Shown: positions 56,883 through 64,000 of the stretch, piece after piece
Layout of the letters: each line of letters opens with the position of its first letter
Position numbering within the stretch: the first letter of the stretch is position 1
Source of the DNA: an uncultured Nitrososphaerota archaeon
GTDB lineage: Archaea > Thermoproteota > Nitrososphaeria > Nitrososphaerales > Gagatemarchaeaceae
Direction of reading: 5' to 3'
Assembly: GCA_963718895.1 (NCBI GenBank)
Contig: CAVRAG010000008.1
Location: forward strand, 672,001 to 736,000
Length of the DNA stretch: 64,000 bases
Made by a program: the position numbers and the translations under genes
Notes under the pieces: model-generated
Databases searched by the model: none
Told to the model about the DNA's origin: nothing
The model's input: only the letters and a program-made list of their open reading frames with translations

Positions 56883-58505
56883 TCACTCGGGAGGAATCTC
56901 TTTGGAGATGAGGCCGAGGTTGATGCCCTGGCTGCGTCTTGCGAAGAAGGAGATCGCGTAGATGACGATGCCGAGCACGAAGGTGGGGATGATTCCTCTC
57001 TCAAGCACGTCCCCAAACGTGGGACCGCCTATCGCCGGCGCCAAGAGCGCATAGACGACATAGGCTGAGACCACGAATGAGAGGATGCCGAGTATCGTTA
57101 TGAGCGGCACTCCTCCGTACTTCTTCTTCGCGACCTCATCGGAGGCGCTATCGAAGAGGTCCTTTCTCCTGTACGGGTAGACCATCGCCGCGACGGCCAC
57201 GAACATGAAGGCGAGGAAGGTTCCCGCCGTAGAGTACGAGAACAGGACGCTGAGGAAGCTGGTCTGGTAGACCGAGATGTAGAGATAGATGAGAGACCCG
57301 ACCACCATGACGACAACGGCGTTCACCGGGGTCCTCGTCCTTGAGTTCACGGAAGCGAACGCGTTCGGAAGGACGCGGTCGAACGACCATGCGAAGAGGT
57401 TGCGGCTGAAGACGAACAGCTCCGAGATGAACATCACTACTATCGTGCCGGCGAAAGCCAGGTTGAACAGAACAATCAGGGCTGTGTTGTGGGTCCAGAA
57501 CATCGAAAGACCCGAGGACAACGGGATCGTGATGTACGGGTTGGCACCGCCCGACGCCCAAAGGCCTGCGATCGCGTTAACGAAGTCCGGCCCCTCGCCA
57601 AAGTATGCGACTGCGAAGATCAGAGTCACGACCACCATGAAGATGATGCTGCCTCCAACCTGCGCGAGGATCTGACTCCTCCTGTTCTGCTTCACCTCTC
57701 CCGCGAAGTACGCGGGGTAGTAGAACCCGAGATAGCCGAGAAGCCCCAGAGCGCCCGCTGCGAGTGTCGTCGTCGAGAAGATGGGAGGAACGCCGGGGTA
57801 GGTCCCGAGATTCGTCTCACCTGCCTGGATGACGGCGGTGTATGCAGAAGTTCCGTTGACCGAAGGATAGACTGCGTTGAAGTTAGATATGAAGGTCGTC
57901 TGCCCCGCTGACAGGACGGTTGCGACGAAGATTATCCCGATGATTATCGCAAGGACCGTCCAGTACTTGACGATCGCCCCAGAGAGTCTGGTGCTCCCAG
58001 CGACGACCAGCCCCGTGCCCAGCACGGAGATTGCCGCGATCCAGAAGGTCGGTCCGGGCTGCTGCAGGGTGTTGGCGAGACTGAGATAGGATTGGTTGTT
58101 CCCCAAGATTCCAAGGTCATAGAATATCGGGGAGAAAGACCATTGTGAGAGCCAAGGAGCCACCGCGCCTATCACCGAGAGCGTGAGGAGAGTTAGCGAG
58201 AAGTTGATCACAAACCCTACCCCGGAGTTCAGGACCCTGCTCGTCCAGACGTAGTCGCCTCCGGTCCTCGGCATGGCTATCGAGAACATGGCGTACATCC
58301 CGGCCACGGGGAGGATCAGGAACAGACCAATGAGCGGGCCCACCAGCGGGTTCGCATCCGGATAGAACGCGGGCGTGAAGACGGTCGCGTTGAAGACGTA
58401 GAGGAGCCCCATGCCAGAGAGGGCCATTCCAAGGGCCTCGAGCCCAGAGATCTGCTTCGTCAGTCCGGTAGCTTCCCGAACGAAAGTCGCCGGCGATTTC
58501 GCCAT
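56883..58505 (-). CDS. APC-family permease (paralog of 19224-20813)
   Basis: FVREATGL, MPRTGGDY and RNLFAWSFDR motifs; C-terminal EIPPE. Confidence 0.9.
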   Translation of the reverse strand: MAKSPATFVREATGLTKQISGLEALGMALSGMGLLYVFNATVFTPAFYPDANPLVGPLIGLFLILPVAGMYAMFSIAMPRTGGDYVWTSRVLNSGVGFVINFSLTLLTLSVIGAVAPWLSQWSFSPIFYDLGILGNNQSYLSLANTLQQPGPTFWIAAISVLGTGLVVAGSTRLSGAIVKYWTVLAIIIGIIFVATVLSAGQTTFISNFNAVYPSVNGTSAYTAVIQAGETNLGTYPGVPPIFSTTTLAAGALGLLGYLGFYYPAYFAGEVKQNRRSQILAQVGGSIIFMVVVTLIFAVAYFGEGPDFVNAIAGLWASGGANPYITIPLSSGLSMFWTHNTALIVLFNLAFAGTIVVMFISELFVFSRNLFAWSFDRVLPNAFASVNSRTRTPVNAVVVMVVGSLIYLYISVYQTSFLSVLFSYSTAGTFLAFMFVAVAAMVYPYRRKDLFDSASDEVAKKKYGGVPLITILGILSFVVSAYVVYALLAPAIGGPTFGDVLERGIIPTFVLGIVIYAISFFARRSQGINLGLISKEIPPE

Positions 58506-58622
58506 CGTTTAGCCTTGGGTTGAAGTAATATTTTAATTAGCTGAATTAGGCATTATTCATATAGTAATCACAGCGTCAGCGCTGGCGAGAGGGCCTTCTT
58601 CCGCAGACGCCCCTGTAATGAG

Positions 58623-59693
58623 TCAGCTAAGACGGCCCTGCGCGACCACGGTCTTGTCTCCTACGGTGAGCGAGCCGTGGTTCGTGGTGAAGTTCACCCC
58701 GAGAACCCTGATTCCGATAACGCCGGCCGAGTGTGCATTCTGACCGTACCCGTACTTCAGGAGGGGATTCAACCCCAGGGTCATCGAAGTTGCCTGTCTG
58801 CTCTTCTCCGAGGCCGCGGCCGCCAGCTTGCCGAACGCCGCTGACGAGACCTTGCTCTTCCACCCGACAACTCTGCCGTCCCTGAAGTCGATCGAGCCGT
58901 CCTTGATCAGGCCGAAGCGCGTCACGGTGGGGGCGAACGTGAACCTTCCCGATACAGACTTCGGGTCGATCTCGGCGTAGACGTAGCCGGGAGGGATGTA
59001 ACAGACGTTGTTCTCGCTCTCCACGTCTTTGGCGTCGACGACTCCGTCGTCGATCTCTTTCACACCCATCAGCTTGAAGCTGAGCTTGGAGCCTGGCGTC
59101 TTGACGATCGCGTCAGAGCCTTCGGTCAGGACCGAGGCGAGATCGCGGGCCTTCCTGCCCAGTGAAGTGAAGTCGGTTAGCGCTGCCTTCAGCTGGTGGG
59201 AGACTGCGGACCCTATGGATCTACCCAGGATCGATGGAGCATCCTCCCCGATGTATCCGAACGCGAGGCGGACCCCGCGCAGCTTCGCCTTGGCGGCTGC
59301 TCTGTACCAGGACTCGCCGTACGCGGTGGAGCCGGTCTGCTCTTCGCGTGAGAGCCTGTGCGAGTAGTTGCCCAGGACAGGTCCGGGTATGAAGACGTAC
59401 GCATCGGAGCCGGAGAGCAGCTTGTACTCCTGCTTCCCCATCTTCCCTAACACATCCTTGGGCGTATCGTGCACGCTCTCGACATAGGCATCTTCGTCCT
59501 CGAATATCGTCAACGGGATTGCGCCCATCTTCCTCGCCTCGAGTACCACTTGGCGGGCGAATGGCAGGCCGTTGTTCCAGGTCTCGACGGTCAGGGACTC
59601 ACCCTTCTTCAAACAGAGGGACTCGGTCAGCACCTTCCTAGCGACCTTTCTGTAGAGGTCGTCGGCAGAAGATTCGGTAGTCAACGCTCGCAC
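58623..59693 (-). CDS. M29 aminopeptidase-like protein, apparently lacking metal ligands
   Basis: SLCLKKGESL N-terminus, DDG, IPPG, FRDGRV, LGLNP and final VVAQG strand resemble the thermophilic metalloprotease fold. Confidence 0.65.
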   Translation of the reverse strand: MRALTTESSADDLYRKVARKVLTESLCLKKGESLTVETWNNGLPFARQVVLEARKMGAIPLTIFEDEDAYVESVHDTPKDVLGKMGKQEYKLLSGSDAYVFIPGPVLGNYSHRLSREEQTGSTAYGESWYRAAAKAKLRGVRLAFGYIGEDAPSILGRSIGSAVSHQLKAALTDFTSLGRKARDLASVLTEGSDAIVKTPGSKLSFKLMGVKEIDDGVVDAKDVESENNVCYIPPGYVYAEIDPKSVSGRFTFAPTVTRFGLIKDGSIDFRDGRVVGWKSKVSSAAFGKLAAAASEKSRQATSMTLGLNPLLKYGYGQNAHSAGVIGIRVLGVNFTTNHGSLTVGDKTVVAQGRLS

Positions 59694-59839
59694 TGTGAGC
59701 GCCCTTGATACTTAACAGTTTGAGGCTTGAGACATAGGGAAGGATGGGTTGAATTCGGCAGCGTCTCGACTCGTTCGGCGGAGGGTCAGATTCGTGGGCG
59801 CGGGAACGGACAAGGATTATAACGGACGTCCGCCCTTTC

Positions 59840-60748
59840 TTGAAGGGAATGGCACGGAAAACGCTCAGGGGAGTCTTCCCCCTCATGCCCTTTGTCGTGA
59901 AGAAGAATCGCGAGATCGACCTTGCCGGGCTGGAGGAGAACGTCCGCGCCTACGAGGAGGCGGGGTTCGACGGCTTCGTCTCCTTCGGCTGCATGGGCGA
60001 GTTCTATGCCTCTAACTTCGAGGAGTTCAAGAAGGTCGTCGATGTCGCTGTCGGAGCCTCACGCAAGATAATGTGCGTCTTCGGGACCACGTTCCACAAC
60101 ACCCGTGAATGTATCGAACGCACGAAGTACGCGCAGGCCGCAGGGGCCGACGGGGTGATGATCGGACTTCCATATCTGATTCCATGCACGCCCGAGGCGG
60201 CCTACGAGCACTACAGGCTCGTCAACGACATTGCAGACGACGTGCAGATCATGCTCTACAACAACCCGGGCTCCTTCAAGTTCAACATCGACGTCTCCCT
60301 CTGGGACAGGCTCATGCAGCTCGACCGGGTCAAGGCCGTAAAGGAGTCGAACGGCGATGTCACGCACAGGACCCGGGTCATCAGCCACATCTCCAAAGGA
60401 ATCAACGTCTTCTCTGGCGGAGAGAACTGGCTCCTGGGAGACTCGTTGGTCGGAGCAAACAGCCTCGTCGGCGTCGTTGCTCCCGGAGCCCCGCAGGCGG
60501 CGAGACAGTTCTTCGATGCCTGCATGAAGAGAGACGTTGCTCGGGCGGTACCCTATCACGTCAAGTTCACTCAGGTCTACGACGAACTGACGGCCCAGAA
60601 CGAGGTCGCCTGGGAGAAGGCCTGCGCCGAGCTCGGGGGCTTCAAAGCCGGCCCCCCGAGGGAACCCTACCTCCCGCTCGAGGGTCCCGTGAGGTCAAGG
60701 CTGGCCGCTGGGCTGCGGGCGCTGAACCGCATGGCAGCCAGTCGATGA
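59840..60748 (+). CDS. DapA/DHDPS-family class I aldolase or lyase
   Basis: GVFP..PF, GCMGE, PY, YNNP and VKES (Schiff-base Lys) motifs. Confidence 0.88.
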   Translation: MKGMARKTLRGVFPLMPFVVKKNREIDLAGLEENVRAYEEAGFDGFVSFGCMGEFYASNFEEFKKVVDVAVGASRKIMCVFGTTFHNTRECIERTKYAQAAGADGVMIGLPYLIPCTPEAAYEHYRLVNDIADDVQIMLYNNPGSFKFNIDVSLWDRLMQLDRVKAVKESNGDVTHRTRVISHISKGINVFSGGENWLLGDSLVGANSLVGVVAPGAPQAARQFFDACMKRDVARAVPYHVKFTQVYDELTAQNEVAWEKACAELGGFKAGPPREPYLPLEGPVRSRLAAGLRALNRMAASR

Positions 60749-60812
60749 TCCGCACGGGTCTTCCCTGGCGAAGGTATATCCACGGGAACTTCGCAGCGAA
60801 GGTCGTCAGATA

Positions 60813-62003
60813 TTGCGAGTCGTGGTTCTCGGGGGCGGCATAACGGGGATGTTCGTCTCGTACTATCTGCTCGAGGACGGTCACGAAGTGACCCTCGTAG
60901 AGGAGAGGGCCGGTGAGCTTACCACTTCGTCCTACAACGGGGGTTTCATCACACCCTCGTTCAGCCCGGCGCCCCCGATCGGGCTCGCCAAGGTGGCGTC
61001 GACGGTCTTTGGAGCGAGCGGGCCCCTCTACATCTCCCCGTTCGAGGTCGTGAGGAACGCGGGCTGGTTCATCAAGGCGGCCCGCGAGGGTGTCACGGCG
61101 CACGAGAAGGAGGTCCTGGATCTCGGGGCGAAGAGCCTCGAGCTGTATCAGGAGTTCTTCAAGAACGACGACCTCCAACCCGAGAGGCACCAGGGCATAA
61201 TCGGGCTCTACAAGGACGAGCGCGACGCCCAGAGGCTCGCAGAGAAGTTCGGCGAGAGGTTCGTCGGAGGGCGTGAGATCGCCGAGATGGGATATGTCGG
61301 CCTCGGAGGAGGCGTGATGGCGGAGAAGGAAATCTCCATCGACCCTGCGAAGTTCTGCGGTGCCCTGCTGGCGCGCCTGCGAGCGATGGGCGTGAAGGTG
61401 AGGCTCGGCGAGAAGGGTGTGCTCACGGGCTCGGGGGTTCGAGCAGAAGCGAAGCTGCAAAGCGGAGAGAGGTTGGAGGCCGACTCGATAGTCGTTGCCT
61501 CAGGGGCCATGAGTAAGGAAGTCCTCGCTCCCCTAGGATACGACCCAAAGGTGCTACCGGCGAGGGGCCTGGTTCTGCTCTATGACTCGGGAGGGAGGAA
61601 GATAGTCCCGATGCCGACCCTCCTCGAGGACTATGGGATAGCTCTGGTTCAGCACGAATCGGGGGCCGTCCGCCTCACCAGCTTCTTCGAGATGACAGGC
61701 TACAAGGACGACTTCGCCGAGGACAGGAAGGCTTGGCTGGAGGGGACCGGGCGGGCTCATCTGCCCGCGCTGGCAGGGCTCAAGCAGATCCAGGAAGGCA
61801 CGGGATTCAGGCCCTGCACGCCGGACCAGATGCCCGTCATAGGCAGGGTTCCCGAATACGACAACCTGTTCGTCGCGACCGGCAACTGCAGACTGGGCAT
61901 AACCCTCGCGCCGGTCACTGCGTACATCATTCGAGCCCTGGTAGACGGCGTTGAACCGGAGGGTGTCGCCTGGCGGCTCTTCGACCCTGCGAGGTTCGCC
62001 TAG
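60813..62003 (+). CDS. D-amino acid dehydrogenase-like FAD oxidoreductase
   Basis: GGGITG, TSSYNGG, GFRPCTPD..PVIG and G..LAPVTA motifs. Confidence 0.88.
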   Translation: MRVVVLGGGITGMFVSYYLLEDGHEVTLVEERAGELTTSSYNGGFITPSFSPAPPIGLAKVASTVFGASGPLYISPFEVVRNAGWFIKAAREGVTAHEKEVLDLGAKSLELYQEFFKNDDLQPERHQGIIGLYKDERDAQRLAEKFGERFVGGREIAEMGYVGLGGGVMAEKEISIDPAKFCGALLARLRAMGVKVRLGEKGVLTGSGVRAEAKLQSGERLEADSIVVASGAMSKEVLAPLGYDPKVLPARGLVLLYDSGGRKIVPMPTLLEDYGIALVQHESGAVRLTSFFEMTGYKDDFAEDRKAWLEGTGRAHLPALAGLKQIQEGTGFRPCTPDQMPVIGRVPEYDNLFVATGNCRLGITLAPVTAYIIRALVDGVEPEGVAWRLFDPARFA

Positions 62004-62046
62004 GTTCTGACCAACTTTTTAAACCGAGGAAGCTGGCTTTTCCCGC

Positions 62047-63018
62047 ATGGCAGGCCAAACACGACCAGGCACAATCGACCTCCACGCTGACCTTCCCGCA
62101 GACGTCATCAAGTATCGCGATCTGGGGGAGCACTCGGTCACGGAGAGGAGACACCTCCCGAAGCTGAAGAAGGGCGGGGTCACCGGTCTCGTGGCGCCGA
62201 TATGGGTCGAGAGCAAGTTCAAGCCGAGGGGGGCCATGAAGAGGGGGCTGCGAATCGCCGACGCCTTCTTCGAAGACCTTTCGGAATCGACCAGCTTCGC
62301 CCTGGCGAAGGACCATTCGAGCCTGACGAAGGCGGAGTCGAAGGGAAAGGTCGCGGTCGTGCTGGGCTGCGAAGGCGGTGAGTTCATCGATGGCGACCTG
62401 GGAGTCCTCCGCAACTACCACCGGCTCGGGCTTCGCACCTTCGGATTCGTCTGGAACGAGAGGAACGCGCTCGCGGACGGGATGTATCACAGGGACGACG
62501 ACAGGGGTCTGACCAAGCTCGGAAGGCAGGTCGTGGAAGAGCTGGACGATCTGAGGATACTCGTCGACCTCGCGCACATCGCTCCGAAGAGCTTCTGGGG
62601 CGTGGTCGACGTGGCCAAGAGGCCCGTCATGGTCTCCCACGGAGCCACTTCCGTGCACAAGTCCCTCCGGAACTCGACCGACGACCAGCTGAGGGCGGTC
62701 GCCCAGAGCGGCGGCGTGTTCGGAATCTTCGCGGTCAACTCCGGCGAGACGCACAACATCGACGATTACGTCGACCACGTGATGCACGCGGTCAAGGTGG
62801 CGGGAGTCGAACATGTGGCCCTGGGACCCGACTTCTATGACTACCTCTACGACGAGCTGAAGGGCAGCGGCGAGCTCCCTCCGATGGACGGCCTCGAGGA
62901 CACCACCAAACTTGGCGCCGTCGCCGGGAGGCTCTCAAAGAGAGGGCTCTCGGAGGAGGAGATCCGGATGATAGCCAGGGACAACTTTCTGCGCGTATTC
63001 CGTGCAGTCGTGGGATAA
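62047..63018 (+). CDS. Membrane dipeptidase (M19)
   Basis: DLHAD, EG, GLTKLGR, VDLAH, SH, RN and GPDF motifs. Confidence 0.9.
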   Translation: MAGQTRPGTIDLHADLPADVIKYRDLGEHSVTERRHLPKLKKGGVTGLVAPIWVESKFKPRGAMKRGLRIADAFFEDLSESTSFALAKDHSSLTKAESKGKVAVVLGCEGGEFIDGDLGVLRNYHRLGLRTFGFVWNERNALADGMYHRDDDRGLTKLGRQVVEELDDLRILVDLAHIAPKSFWGVVDVAKRPVMVSHGATSVHKSLRNSTDDQLRAVAQSGGVFGIFAVNSGETHNIDDYVDHVMHAVKVAGVEHVALGPDFYDYLYDELKGSGELPPMDGLEDTTKLGAVAGRLSKRGLSEEEIRMIARDNFLRVFRAVVG

Positions 63019-63041
63019 GAATCAGCGGAAAGGGGCGGGTC

Positions 63042-64000
63042 TCAAATCTTCCCGTCGTACAGGTGGCACGCGACGAAGTGGCCCTTCGAGACCTCCTGAA
63101 GCACCGGATCGATCTTCGAACACACTTCCATGGCGGCGGGGCAGCGGGTGTGGAACCTGCACCCCTCTGGGAGGTCCATTGGGCTCGGTATGCTCCCGGA
63201 CAGAGGGACCCTCCGGCTCGTCTTTGTCGGGTCGGGAACCGGCACGGCATCGAGAAGCGCCTTCGTGTAGGGGTGAAGCGGGTTCTCGAAGAGCTCCTGC
63301 GTCTCGCACATCTCGACTATCCTCCCGAGGTACATGACCGCGATGTTGTGGCACATGTAGCGCACGACGCTGAGGTCGTGGGCGATGAAGAGGTAGGTCA
63401 GGTCGAAGCCCCCCTGGATGTCCTGCAGCAGGTTCAGGACCTGTGCCCGGACCGACATGTCCAGTGCCGAGACAGGCTCGTCCAAGACGATGAGCTTGGG
63501 CTTGAGGGTCAGCGCCCGTGCGATCGCAACCCGCTGTTGCTGCCCGCCGCTCAACTCGTGGGCGTACCTCGAGTACGTCTCCCTCTTCAGGCCGACTGCC
63601 TGCAGTATCCCGAGCGCCGTCTCCCTCCTGTCGGTAGGGGTGCCCTGGTCGTGGATAACCATCGGCTCCTCGATTATCTGGCCTATCTTCATGCGCGGGT
63701 CGAGGGAGGCAGCGGGATCCTGAAAGACCGCCTGGATGTTGCGGCGGGCCGTCCTCCTGTCTGTACGGGAGAGAGGTCCGTTTAGGTCCTGTCCCTCAAA
63801 CCGGACTGACCCGGAGGTCGGATGATACATCCCGAGGATTATCTTTGCCGTGGTCGTCTTTCCGCACCCGCTCTCGCCGACAAGCCCCAGGGTATCGCCC
63901 CGTCTTATCGTGAAGGAGATGCCGTCGACCGCCCGCACCGACCTCCTCTTCCCCGCGAAGAAGTCGCTGATGGTCCTCGCCGCAGGGAACTGCTTCGTCA
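63042..64000 (-). CDS. Oligopeptide/dipeptide ABC transporter ATP-binding subunit (5' end outside window)
   Basis: [24 protein letters not shown] and GCRFHTRC motifs. Confidence 0.93.
   Translation of the reverse strand, partial: TKQFPAARTISDFFAGKRRSVRAVDGISFTIRRGDTLGLVGESGCGKTTTAKIILGMYHPTSGSVRFEGQDLNGPLSRTDRRTARRNIQAVFQDPAASLDPRMKIGQIIEEPMVIHDQGTPTDRRETALGILQAVGLKRETYSRYAHELSGGQQQRVAIARALTLKPKLIVLDEPVSALDMSVRAQVLNLLQDIQGGFDLTYLFIAHDLSVVRYMCHNIAVMYLGRIVEMCETQELFENPLHPYTKALLDAVPVPDPTKTSRRVPLSGSIPSPMDLPEGCRFHTRCPAAMEVCSKIDPVLQEVSKGHFVACHLYDGKI

Noticed and set aside
1-64000. CRISPR array, IS transposase, integrase or prophage
   Set aside because: No regularly spaced repeats and no transposase, integrase or virion motifs were recognised; no duplicate of the tRNA 3' end (att site) was noticed.

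Overview
GC-rich archaeal chromosomal window. The archaeal assignment rests on a group II chaperonin, a tRNA-Leu(UAA) with a canonical BHB intron, TATA-box/leaderless promoters and a NurA-HerA pair. Gene content suggests a heterotrophic, probably acid-tolerant Nitrososphaerota-like organism (inference). About 60 CDSs are present, dominated by peptide, amino-acid and small-organic catabolism: an S53 protease, M3/M19/M24/M29/CocE-type peptidases, two APC permeases, three luciferase-like oxidoreductases and several SDRs. There is also a ModE-regulated Wtp/Mod molybdate-tungstate locus. The most notable observations are: (1) an archaeal lsrK + lsrF (AI-2/DPD catabolism-like) cluster with no lsrG, lsrR or lsrACDB in the window, and a VOC-fold gene between them; (2) a perfect 86-bp inverted repeat inside two otherwise diverged, divergently oriented SDR genes, bracketing a permease and both promoter regions (a possible invertible segment or gene-conversion tract); (3) a low-GC, broken HTH-LAGLIDADG gene next to the intron-containing tRNA; (4) a stand-alone NurA with a winged-helix insertion paired with HerA; (5) clean palindromic operators upstream of wtpA and the thermosome; (6) two intergenic candidate structured RNAs. 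Many conserved genes carry 1-nt frameshifts, most likely long-read assembly indels. All product calls come from motif recognition by eye; no database searches were run.
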